Below are positions 46,138-55,750 of a DNA stretch of 64,000 nucleotides, one piece after another; position 1 is the stretch's first letter; each line of letters begins with the position of its first letter. Under the pieces are notes generated by a model. That model had not been told where the DNA came from. It did not search any database and saw nothing but the letters and a program-made list of their open reading frames with translations. Made by a program: the position numbers and the translations under genes. Origin of the DNA: Acutalibacteraceae bacterium (GTDB taxonomy: Bacteria; Bacillota; Clostridia; Oscillospirales; Acutalibacteraceae); contig JAZUCC010000003.1 of NCBI GenBank assembly GCA_045638965.1, positions 65,558-129,557 of the forward strand, in the 5' to 3' direction.

Positions 46138-46447
46138 AAACTGAAGGGTGATTTTGTGTGTTTTTGAACATAATTAATTCTGTTTATATATTTCATACAA
46201 AAATATCATGAATATTTTGGCGGGGGTTTTGGGGTGTAGGGCTTGAAAATACTGGTACATAATGTTATATTAAAATCGTATATGTGTTTATATATATTAT
46301 ATCGGGGGAGGTCAGCCTGATTTATGTATAAAATTGACATATTTACAAGGGAAAATAAAAAATTTGCCGTGAAAACGGTGGCGGAGAACACTCCGCAGCT
46401 GTGTGAGCCGCGGCTCATGCAAATATCATAAAGGAGATGATTTTTTA

Positions 46448-49400
46448 ATGCATAAAACTAATTTCAAAAAGGTTTTATCAGTTTTCCTTTCATTTTTAAT
46501 GATTCTTTCATGTTGGGTGTGGGTTGCACCTGATACACATACACATGCTGAGGCTGCAGGATATGCAGTTGAATATTACTATTCCTCCGGTACAACCTTC
46601 CTTACTGATCTGGCAGTTTCTGCAAGACAGTATCAATTCTTGGCTGGTGGTAGAGCGGACGCAGCAAAAGGTTATTTGACTAATGCCGGGTACACTGTTT
46701 TGAATCAGGACCTTAATGCCGGTAAAAATAGCTACTTTACTTTTATGGGTTACAAAATGGGTACTGATGAGAGTAAGGCTATAAGAGCTTTCGGCCTTTA
46801 TAATAGCCCCGGTGATGCACCTTCTTCACTTTCGTATACAATCGACGGCCGTGCTTGTACATTTTATCCTGTAACTACATCTTTTGTGGATAGTGGTACG
46901 AGTACGGGAAATGTTCTTGACCTTAATAAAGGTTGCGGTGGTGGAACAGATACTATTTATCTTTACTATTCTACAGACCCCAATGCCGGACAGCTTATTA
47001 CAAAGATCGACTGGCAAGATGGTACCACAAATGACCAGGCCGATGTTCAGACCCCTGTTGTTTGGTTAAATACAAACGGTGACCGTAAAGCAGGTGATAT
47101 AGCTGACTTTAACAGAGGTGTTTCCGGAAGTGACGATATTTTCTTCTTCTATAATCGTATCGGAACACAGGTAACAACAACAGAGCTTAGAACTGCCGTA
47201 GACGCAGCTAAAGTTAAACTTGATAACAAGTCAAACTATACGGATGCAACTATAGAAACTTTGCAGAAGGCATACAATACAGGTAAAGCAATTGTTGATG
47301 ACTATAACTCATATGGTCTTTCCGGTGCGTATGATCAGAATGCAATTGATAGCGCAAAGAATGCTATTAATAATGCTATCAATGCTCTCAGAACAACTGC
47401 AACACTTAATTTTAACTATACAGGAAGCTCTCCTGATGTTCCGATTGAGTATGAGGTCGGTGCAGCAACAACATATACTTATGCTGTTCATGATTTTGTA
47501 GGTGAACGCGCAGGCTATACATTCACGGGTTGGTCTACATCTTCATCCGCAACAAGCGGTTCAAAATCAACTGTAACAGCAGGTCTTAAGCCCACATTCT
47601 ATGCGATTTGGCAAGCAAACAAATATAATGTGTTGTTTGACAACCTTATTGATTACAATGAATGGAAGTCAATGATTACATCAGACAAGGCAAACGCAAT
47701 TTCACTTGTTGAGGGCGGTTTTGCTATTACAAATACAAAAGACGAAGGTGAATTTACATTTGCATCTCCCTTCTTCCCTGTAGACCCCGGAAAACAGTAT
47801 AAAATTGACATCAATTTTGAAGGTGTAGCTTGGGATGTTTATATCTTCTTCTGCGATGCAAACGGTACTTGGATTGATTTTGCGGACGGTCCCACAAACA
47901 GATTTTCAGCCGGAGCAACAACGGGTATTCCTGCAGATAATGCTGTATTTACAGCGCCCGATAAGTCAGAGGTTGTGAAGGCACAGATTCGTCTTGATTC
48001 AAATAACCCCGGCGGAAAGGTTACCTTTAGTAACATTCGTGTTTACGAAGTTAATTCAGTAGAGAACGGAGTTTCCTATACTGATCCTGTTACTGTAACT
48101 TATGATTCGACCTACGGTACTCTTCCCTCTCCCACAAGAGATGGTTATGAGTTCCTTGGCTGGTATGATGCAAACGGCACAAAGGTTAATTCATCTGATA
48201 CCGTAAAAATTACAGCTGATACAACTTTATATTCCAGATGGAAACAGCTTGGTTATACAATCACATGGGTTGACGGTAATGGTGCTACATTAAAGACTGA
48301 GCTTGTAAATAAAGGTGTAACTCCCTCTTATTCAGGTTCAACACCCACAAAGCAGGTTGATGCTACAAATCATTATATATTTAATGGAAAGTGGTCTCCT
48401 GCAGTTGTGGCTGCATCAGCAAATGCAACATATACTGCACAGTTTGATGCAGTTGCTCATACTTTCACATGGACAACAATAACTCCCGCAACCTGTATTG
48501 CAGCAGGTGCAAAGAAGGGTGTTTGCTCCTACTGTGGTTATGAAACAACAGCCGAAATCCCTGCAACAAATACACACAGCTATACAGTATTTGTAGAAAC
48601 TGTTGCTCCCTCATGTACTGCAGGCGGTTACGACACATATAAGTGCGCAACCTGTGATGCAAAGCAGAAGAGAAATGAAACATCTGCTACACCTCACACT
48701 GCAGCTACAAGAGAAGAAAACCGTGTTGAAGCAACATGTGCTGTTCCCGGTTCATATGTACTTGTAACATATTGCTCCAAGTGTAATAATGAACTCAACA
48801 GAGAAAACAAGATAATTCCCGCTACAAACGCACATAGCTATACTGTATTTGTAAATAAGGTTGAATCCACATGTACAACAGACGGTTATGATGTATATAA
48901 GTGTGCAACCTGTAATGCAACACAGAATCAGAACATAGTTGCCGCTCATCACACGCTTACAACCGTAGCTGCAAAGCCCGCTACCTGCGGTGAAGACGGC
49001 TGGAATGCTTATGAGTACTGTACAGAGTGTACTCACACCACAAAGGTAACTATCCCTGCAACAGGCGCTCATGTTTATGAGTACGCACAGAATGCAGACA
49101 AGAAGACACATACAGGTACATGTACAGGCTGCGGTGCTACAACAAGCGGCATCTGCGCAGGCGACAATGCAACATGTACAGACGATGCTATCTGTAATAC
49201 ATGTAACAGTGTATATCAGGGAAAGCTCGGCCACAGCTTCACAGATTATAAGTCAAACGGCGACGCAACATGTACTGCAGACGGCACAAAGACCGCAAAG
49301 TGCGACCGTTGCGATGCAAAAGAAACAGTTACAGATAAGGGCTCTGCAAAGGGTCACACATGGCAGGATGCAGATTGCACAACACCCAAGACATGTTCAG

Positions 49401-52400
49401 TCTGTGGTGCAACAGAGGGTGAAGAGCTCGGTCACAGCTTCACAGATTATAAGTCAAACGGCGATGCAACATGTACTGCCGACGGTACAAAGACCGCAAA
49501 GTGCGACCGTTGTACTGTGACATCAACAGTTACTGATACAGGCTCTGCAAAGGGTCACACACCCGCTGCAGCGGTTGAAGAAAATATTGTTAAGGCTTCC
49601 TGTACAGCAGCAGGCTCATACGATTCAGTAGTTTATTGCTCAATTTCAACATGTAAGGCTGAAATCAGCAGAACTGAACAGACTATTGCAAAGCGTGAGC
49701 ACGTATACGGCGACGAATGGGAAGTTGTAACTCCTCCCACACATACAACAGAGGGTCTTGAAAAGAAGACATGTACCCGTGAGGCAGACAAGTACTATGA
49801 GGCTTGCTCACACGAAATCACACAGGTTATTCCTGTTGTGACAGACACAACAGCTCCCGAAGTAACACTTACTATTGATGAAAGCACATGGAACAAGTTC
49901 CTTACTGCTATCTCATTCGGTACTTATGTAAGCAAGGAGCTTCAGCTTGAAATTGAAGCCTCCGACGCAGAAACAGACATCAAGTCAATTGAATATTACA
50001 TTTCCGCAACAGCTCTCACAGAAGAAGAGGTAAAGGCTGTTACCGAATGGACTGCATACGAAGGTAAGGTTGCTATCTCAAGAGCAGATGCTGCAAAGAT
50101 GGTAGTTTATGTAAAGGCTGTAAACGGACAGAATGTTGCAGCTTATGTAAGCTCCGACGGTTATACATTTGACCTTTCCAAGCCTGTAATTACAGTTGAA
50201 AAGAACTGTACAACAGCAATAATCACAGTAACAGAAACAAACCTTGACACTGTTAAGGTTGATGATGCAGCTGTTACACTTACAGACGGCGCATATACAA
50301 TTGAGGGTGCCGGCACTTATGTTGTAGTGGCTGCTGACAAGGCAGGCAACACAACAACCGAAACAATCACAATCAACGGACATCAGGAAAAGATTCTTGA
50401 TGCTAAAGAGGAAACCTGTACAACAACAGGTCTTACAGAAGGAAAGATCTGCTCCGTTTGTAACACAGTTCTTCTTAAGCAGAATACAATTGATGCAACA
50501 GGTCACAGCTTCGTAAACGAGGTTGAGGCAAATGATGCAACATGTACTGCTGACGGAAACAAGGCTTACAAGCAGTGCGAAAACTGTAATAAGTTCTTCG
50601 CTGCAGCAGAAGGCGAATATTCCGAAAATGCAAAGGATAGTGCAGATGCATTTGTAATCGCTTCTCCCGGTCACGATTTCGCTGATGAATTCACAGTTGA
50701 TCTCAAGGCAACATGTGACACAGCGGGCTCAAAGTCAAGACATTGTTCTGCATGTGATGAAGTAACAGACACTACAGAAATTCCCGTAAGAGCTCATACA
50801 ATTGTTGACACAACAGTAGCAACTGCTGCAACATGTACTGTTGACGGTGTAATGAATCAGAAGTGCTCAAATGAAGCAACTGATGAATATGAGGCTTGCG
50901 CATACACAACAACAAGAGTAATTCCTGCAACAGGTCACACAGAAATCACACTTGACGCAGTTGATAGCACCTGTACCGAAACAGGTCTTACAGAAGGTAA
51001 GAAGTGTACAGTCTGCGGTACTGTAACAGTCAAGCAGGAAGTAACTGAAAAACTCGGTCACAATCATGTTGCAACAGTTACAGATCCCACATGTAATGAC
51101 AGAGGTTTCACAACTCACGTATGTTCAAGATGTAACGATACATATGTTGACACATATGTAGATGCACTCGGACATAACTACAGCACAGAAAACGCAACAG
51201 ACAACAACAACGGTACTCATACATTAGCATGTACAAGATGTGCTGAAGGCACAACAGGTCATTTCGAGATTGTTGCATGTGAATATAAGGATGTTGAAAC
51301 TGCTCCCTCCTGTACAGCACAGGGCTACACAACACATATCTGTACTGTATGCGGATATTCATATGCAGATACATATGTAAGCGCAACAGGACATACATGG
51401 GGCAAGTGGACTGTGGCAGGCAACGGTACTCATACAAGAGAATGTACTGTTTGTCAGAATGAAGCAGGCAGAACAGAAACTGCTGCTTGTACCTACGGTG
51501 ACTGGACACAGACAGTAGCTCCCAAGTGTGAAGAAGACGGTGAAAAGGCTCACACCTGTACAGTATGTAACGATACTGTAACAGCTGTTGTTCCCCAGAC
51601 TGGTCACGCATGGGATGACGGTGTAATCACTGAAGCATCAAGCTGTACAGTAGCGGGTACAATAACCTACACATGTCAGAATGATAATTCTCACACATAC
51701 ACAGAGGATGCTCCTTTAGCTCCCCATGATTGGATGGGTGCTGACTGTAACAATCCCTCAACATGTAGAGCCTGCGGCGCTGCATCCGGCTCTGCAATCG
51801 GTCATACCTTCACAAACTTTGTCGAAACTGTTGACTATACATGTACTGAACAGGGCTACACCGTTTATGATTGTATCCGTTGTGAAGAAACAGAAAAGAG
51901 AGACTTCGTTGATCCGGCTCACAGATTTGCAGAAGCCTTCACTATTGATGATGCCGCAACCTGTGACAAGGACGGTCTTAAATCAAGACACTGTACAGAA
52001 TGTACTGCTGTTATTGATGAAACAGTTATCAAGGCAAGAGGTCACAAGCTTGTTGATACAACAGTAGCAATTGCTGCAACATGTAAAGAAACAGGTATCA
52101 TGAATCAGGCTTGCTCAAATACAGCTACTGATGAATATGAGGCTTGTGCATACACAACAACAAGAGTTATTGATATTGATCCCGAGGCTCACAATTGGGA
52201 AGATAATTACACAGTAGATACAAAGGCTACATGTGAAGCAAACGGCACAAAGACAATCCATTGTGAATATTGCGATACCAAGAAGCCCGCTTCTGCAGTT
52301 GTTATCAACAAGAGAGACCATGTCTATGCAGAAAACGGTGTAGCAATTCCTGCTACATGTACAGCAGACGGTGTTATGAACCTTATCTGTACAAATGATG

Positions 52401-55400
52401 AAACTGAAGAATATGCACAGTGCAGACATGAATCCACTACTGCTATTTCCGCAACAGGTCACATCTTCGGCACAGTAACAGCTGCAACTGAAGCTACATG
52501 TACCACTGCAGGTAACAGTGCATACAAGCAGTGCGCAAACTGCTCCAAGTTCTTCGCTGCAGATGCAGACAACAAGTCAACAGCTGCAAAGGACAGCGCA
52601 GAAGCATTCACAATCAAGGCTCTTGACCACGATTTCGCAGAAAGCTTCACTGTTGACAAGAAGGCTACCTGTGAAGAAAACGGCTCAAAGTCAAGACATT
52701 GCTCACGTTGTTCAGCGGTTACCGAGGTAACTGTTATCAGCAAGAGAGCACATAACTACGTTGATACATCAGTTGCACAGGATGCAACATGTACTGCAGA
52801 GGGTGTTATGAACACTATCTGTACAAATGTTGAGACAGATACACATGAAGCTTGCTCAGACGTATCCACAAGAGTAATTGAAATCAAGCCCGATGCTCAC
52901 TCCTTCACAGCTTACATTTCCGATAACAACGCAACCTGCTACAGCAACTGCACAGAAACAGCAACCTGTGACAACGGCTGCGGCAATACAGATACAAAGG
53001 AAATTGCAGATTCCAAGGCAGCACATAACTACACCGGCTATGTAGCAAATGGCGATGCAACATGTCAGAAGAACGGAACTGAAACCGGCACATGTTCATT
53101 TGGTTGCGGTGCAAAAGACACAAGAGTAATTGAAAACTCCACAGTAGGTCATAAGTTCACAAGCTACACAGGAAAAGGCGATGCAACCTGTCAGAAGAAC
53201 GAAACAGAGACAGCATCCTGTGATTACGGCTGCGGACAGACTAATTCAAGAGAAATTGCAAACTCCACAGTACCTCACAACTATGTTGACTACACAGAAA
53301 ACAATGATGCAACATGTCAGAGGAATGAAACCGAAACAGCTTCCTGCTCATTCGGCTGCGGACAGACTCATACAAGAGAGATTGCAGACTCCACAGTACC
53401 TCACAACTATGTTGACTACACAGAAAACAATGATGCAACATGTCAGAGAAATGAAACCGAAACTGCATCCTGTGAATACGGTTGCGGCACAACTGACACA
53501 AGAGACATTGCAAACTCCAAGGTAGAGCATAAGTTTGAAAGCTACACAGCAAACGGTGAAGCAACATGTAAGGACAATGATACAGAAACAGCATCCTGTG
53601 CTTACGGTTGCGGACAGACTCATACAAGAGAAATCGCAGATTCCACAGTAGGTCATAAGTTCACAAGCTACACAGGAAACGGCGATGCAACATGTAGCAA
53701 GAACGAAACAGAGACAGCATTCTGTGATTACGGCTGCGGACAGACTAATTCAAGAGAAATTGCAGACTCCACAGTACCTCACAATTATGTTGACTACATA
53801 GAAAACAACGATGCAACATGTCAGAGAAACGAAACCGAAACAGCTTCCTGCTCATTCGGCTGCGGTGAGACTCATACAAGAGAAATTGCAGATTCCAAGG
53901 TAGCTCACAACTATGTAAACTATGTAGCTAACAACGATGCAACCTGTCAGAAGAACAGAACTGAAACCGGCACATGTTCATACGGCTGCGGTGCAACTGA
54001 CACAAGAGATATTGCAGACTCCAAGGTAGAGCATAAGTTTGAAAGCTACACAGCAAACGGTGAAGCAACATGTCAGGACAATGATACAGAAACAGCATCC
54101 TGTGCTTACGGTTGCGGTCAGACTCATACAAGAGAAATCGCAGATTCCACAGTAGATCATAAGTATGAGACTTATGTATCAAACAACAATGCAACCTGTA
54201 AGGATAATGCAACCGAAACAGCATCCTGTGAATATGGTTGCGGTGCAACTGACACAAGAGTAATTGCAAACTCCACAGTACCTCACAACTATGTTGACTA
54301 CACAGAAAACAATGATGCAACATGTCAGAGAAATGAAACCGAAACAGCTTCCTGCGCATTCGGCTGCGGACAGACTCATACAAGAGAAATTGCAAACTCC
54401 AAGGTAGGCCATAATTTTGAAACCTACACAGGAAACGGCGATGCAACCTGTCAGAGAAACGAAACCGAAACAGCTGCTTGTGCATACGGCTGCGGTGCAA
54501 CTGACACAAGAGAAATTGCAGACTCCAAGGCAGATCACACAAGAGTTGAAATTCCTGCAGTTGCTGCAACATGTCAGGCAACAGGTCTTACAGCAGGTGT
54601 CAAGTGTTCAGTATGCAGCACTATCCTTGTTGAACAGACAGTAACAGCAAAGACTGATCATGCAGAGGTTATTGATGCAGCTGTAGCTCCCGGATGTGAA
54701 ACAACAGGTCTCACAGAAGGTAAGCATTGCTCATTCTGCGGTACTGTAATTAAGGCACAGACAACAGTAAACGCTACAGGTCATGACTTTGATATGTCAA
54801 AGGCTACTCTTACAAGACCCACACAGAAGGCAAACGGCACATGGACAGACGGTTATTACTCATACACATGTAAGAACGACAAGTCCCATACAAAGCAGGA
54901 AACTGTAAAGAGAGCTGATTATGCAGCTTACGATGCAATTATTGAATCTGTGAATACTCTTCTTAAGGAAGACCTTCCCGAAGAGGATATTATAAAGCTC
55001 CAGAAGCTTCTCAATAACACAATTGCACAGAATCTTATTGCAGATGAACAGGCTAATGTTGATGCAGAGGTTGAAAAGATCAACGATGTTATCACTGCTG
55101 TATATCCTGATGCAGGTCTTTCACTTGTAATCAGAGGCGCAGATACATTCTATGCAGGTACAGTAATTGACCTTTCAGTATTCAAGGTAAATGAAAATAT
55201 CAGCATTGAAGCAACCAATGTTAACTGGACCTGCTCCGAAGAAAATACAGTATTCTTTGCAAACGGCAGACTTCTTGCCGTAAGCACAGGTACAGTAACT
55301 CTTACCGCTAAATCAGGTCTTCTTACCGCTACAAAGACAATCAACATTGTTGAAGGCGGCAATGTAAGAATTATCAGATTCAATGCTATGAATCAGATGC

Positions 55401-55729
55401 ACTACATTATTGAAGACAGCTTTGCAGTATATAATTCAGGTAACCTTTACTGGTCAAACGACCACGATATCCGCTTCAGAGTTTATACAAACAGCTCCTT
55501 CACATTTGAAACTCACATGGTTTATCTGAATGGTGTTGCTGTTGAGCCTGATGCACAGGGTTACTACACAATCCCCGCAGGTGTCGGTGATGTAAGAGTC
55601 AATGTTGCAGGCGCAGTTTATGACGAAGATGATGAAGGCAACAGAACCAAGTTCAATTTCTGGGAGTGGCTCGTTGCACTCTTCAGAAGGATTATCAACT
55701 TCTTCAAGAGCATTTTCGGCATAGCATAA
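46448..55729 (+). CDS. Giant secreted/cell-surface protein (3093 aa). In order: signal peptide, threefold beta-prism-like N-domain, FIVAR-like helices, Flg_new repeats, jelly-roll CBM-like domain, ~45 Cys-triad modules (including 13 tandem 42-aa repeats) interrupted by an Ig-like block, FIVAR-like segment, Big_2-like domain, amphipathic C-terminal tail
   Basis: AAAGGAG RBS before the ATG at 46448, and signal peptide MHKTNFKKVLSVFLSFLMILSCWVWVAPDTHTHAEA. An uninterrupted 9.3 kb frame. Has GYTFTGWS and GYEFLGWYDANG repeats. Recurrent ATC-x2-G-x5-7-C-x2-C modules. The terminator at 55751-55785 follows. Confidence 0.85.
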   Translation: MHKTNFKKVLSVFLSFLMILSCWVWVAPDTHTHAEAAGYAVEYYYSSGTTFLTDLAVSARQYQFLAGGRADAAKGYLTNAGYTVLNQDLNAGKNSYFTFMGYKMGTDESKAIRAFGLYNSPGDAPSSLSYTIDGRACTFYPVTTSFVDSGTSTGNVLDLNKGCGGGTDTIYLYYSTDPNAGQLITKIDWQDGTTNDQADVQTPVVWLNTNGDRKAGDIADFNRGVSGSDDIFFFYNRIGTQVTTTELRTAVDAAKVKLDNKSNYTDATIETLQKAYNTGKAIVDDYNSYGLSGAYDQNAIDSAKNAINNAINALRTTATLNFNYTGSSPDVPIEYEVGAATTYTYAVHDFVGERAGYTFTGWSTSSSATSGSKSTVTAGLKPTFYAIWQANKYNVLFDNLIDYNEWKSMITSDKANAISLVEGGFAITNTKDEGEFTFASPFFPVDPGKQYKIDINFEGVAWDVYIFFCDANGTWIDFADGPTNRFSAGATTGIPADNAVFTAPDKSEVVKAQIRLDSNNPGGKVTFSNIRVYEVNSVENGVSYTDPVTVTYDSTYGTLPSPTRDGYEFLGWYDANGTKVNSSDTVKITADTTLYSRWKQLGYTITWVDGNGATLKTELVNKGVTPSYSGSTPTKQVDATNHYIFNGKWSPAVVAASANATYTAQFDAVAHTFTWTTITPATCIAAGAKKGVCSYCGYETTAEIPATNTHSYTVFVETVAPSCTAGGYDTYKCATCDAKQKRNETSATPHTAATREENRVEATCAVPGSYVLVTYCSKCNNELNRENKIIPATNAHSYTVFVNKVESTCTTDGYDVYKCATCNATQNQNIVAAHHTLTTVAAKPATCGEDGWNAYEYCTECTHTTKVTIPATGAHVYEYAQNADKKTHTGTCTGCGATTSGICAGDNATCTDDAICNTCNSVYQGKLGHSFTDYKSNGDATCTADGTKTAKCDRCDAKETVTDKGSAKGHTWQDADCTTPKTCSVCGATEGEELGHSFTDYKSNGDATCTADGTKTAKCDRCTVTSTVTDTGSAKGHTPAAAVEENIVKASCTAAGSYDSVVYCSISTCKAEISRTEQTIAKREHVYGDEWEVVTPPTHTTEGLEKKTCTREADKYYEACSHEITQVIPVVTDTTAPEVTLTIDESTWNKFLTAISFGTYVSKELQLEIEASDAETDIKSIEYYISATALTEEEVKAVTEWTAYEGKVAISRADAAKMVVYVKAVNGQNVAAYVSSDGYTFDLSKPVITVEKNCTTAIITVTETNLDTVKVDDAAVTLTDGAYTIEGAGTYVVVAADKAGNTTTETITINGHQEKILDAKEETCTTTGLTEGKICSVCNTVLLKQNTIDATGHSFVNEVEANDATCTADGNKAYKQCENCNKFFAAAEGEYSENAKDSADAFVIASPGHDFADEFTVDLKATCDTAGSKSRHCSACDEVTDTTEIPVRAHTIVDTTVATAATCTVDGVMNQKCSNEATDEYEACAYTTTRVIPATGHTEITLDAVDSTCTETGLTEGKKCTVCGTVTVKQEVTEKLGHNHVATVTDPTCNDRGFTTHVCSRCNDTYVDTYVDALGHNYSTENATDNNNGTHTLACTRCAEGTTGHFEIVACEYKDVETAPSCTAQGYTTHICTVCGYSYADTYVSATGHTWGKWTVAGNGTHTRECTVCQNEAGRTETAACTYGDWTQTVAPKCEEDGEKAHTCTVCNDTVTAVVPQTGHAWDDGVITEASSCTVAGTITYTCQNDNSHTYTEDAPLAPHDWMGADCNNPSTCRACGAASGSAIGHTFTNFVETVDYTCTEQGYTVYDCIRCEETEKRDFVDPAHRFAEAFTIDDAATCDKDGLKSRHCTECTAVIDETVIKARGHKLVDTTVAIAATCKETGIMNQACSNTATDEYEACAYTTTRVIDIDPEAHNWEDNYTVDTKATCEANGTKTIHCEYCDTKKPASAVVINKRDHVYAENGVAIPATCTADGVMNLICTNDETEEYAQCRHESTTAISATGHIFGTVTAATEATCTTAGNSAYKQCANCSKFFAADADNKSTAAKDSAEAFTIKALDHDFAESFTVDKKATCEENGSKSRHCSRCSAVTEVTVISKRAHNYVDTSVAQDATCTAEGVMNTICTNVETDTHEACSDVSTRVIEIKPDAHSFTAYISDNNATCYSNCTETATCDNGCGNTDTKEIADSKAAHNYTGYVANGDATCQKNGTETGTCSFGCGAKDTRVIENSTVGHKFTSYTGKGDATCQKNETETASCDYGCGQTNSREIANSTVPHNYVDYTENNDATCQRNETETASCSFGCGQTHTREIADSTVPHNYVDYTENNDATCQRNETETASCEYGCGTTDTRDIANSKVEHKFESYTANGEATCKDNDTETASCAYGCGQTHTREIADSTVGHKFTSYTGNGDATCSKNETETAFCDYGCGQTNSREIADSTVPHNYVDYIENNDATCQRNETETASCSFGCGETHTREIADSKVAHNYVNYVANNDATCQKNRTETGTCSYGCGATDTRDIADSKVEHKFESYTANGEATCQDNDTETASCAYGCGQTHTREIADSTVDHKYETYVSNNNATCKDNATETASCEYGCGATDTRVIANSTVPHNYVDYTENNDATCQRNETETASCAFGCGQTHTREIANSKVGHNFETYTGNGDATCQRNETETAACAYGCGATDTREIADSKADHTRVEIPAVAATCQATGLTAGVKCSVCSTILVEQTVTAKTDHAEVIDAAVAPGCETTGLTEGKHCSFCGTVIKAQTTVNATGHDFDMSKATLTRPTQKANGTWTDGYYSYTCKNDKSHTKQETVKRADYAAYDAIIESVNTLLKEDLPEEDIIKLQKLLNNTIAQNLIADEQANVDAEVEKINDVITAVYPDAGLSLVIRGADTFYAGTVIDLSVFKVNENISIEATNVNWTCSEENTVFFANGRLLAVSTGTVTLTAKSGLLTATKTINIVEGGNVRIIRFNAMNQMHYIIEDSFAVYNSGNLYWSNDHDIRFRVYTNSSFTFETHMVYLNGVAVEPDAQGYYTIPAGVGDVRVNVAGAVYDEDDEGNRTKFNFWEWLVALFRRIINFFKSIFGIA
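52895..54532 (+). repeat. 13 tandem in-frame 126-bp (42-aa) repeats inside the giant gene
   Basis: The unit resembles PHNYVDYTENNDATCQRNETETASCSFGCGQTHTREIADSTV. Copies start every 126 nt from 52895. Several copies share long identical nucleotide runs (for example around 53262, 53388 and 54270). Confidence 0.9.
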
Positions 55730-55750
55730 TTCAGTAAAATTTCCCGTTAA

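Noticed and set aside
52895-54532. A regularly spaced repeat array that might be mistaken for CRISPR.
   Set aside because: The units are contiguous, with no unique spacers. They have a 126-bp period and stay in frame inside a 9.3 kb coding sequence. There are no cas genes.
53241-54581. Several long minus-strand ORFs (102-217 aa) and extra plus-strand ORFs inside the giant gene.
   Set aside because: These are shadow frames created by the repeat periodicity. Their products are low-complexity Cys/Leu/His strings with no RBS, and they lie fully inside a coding frame with clear domain structure.
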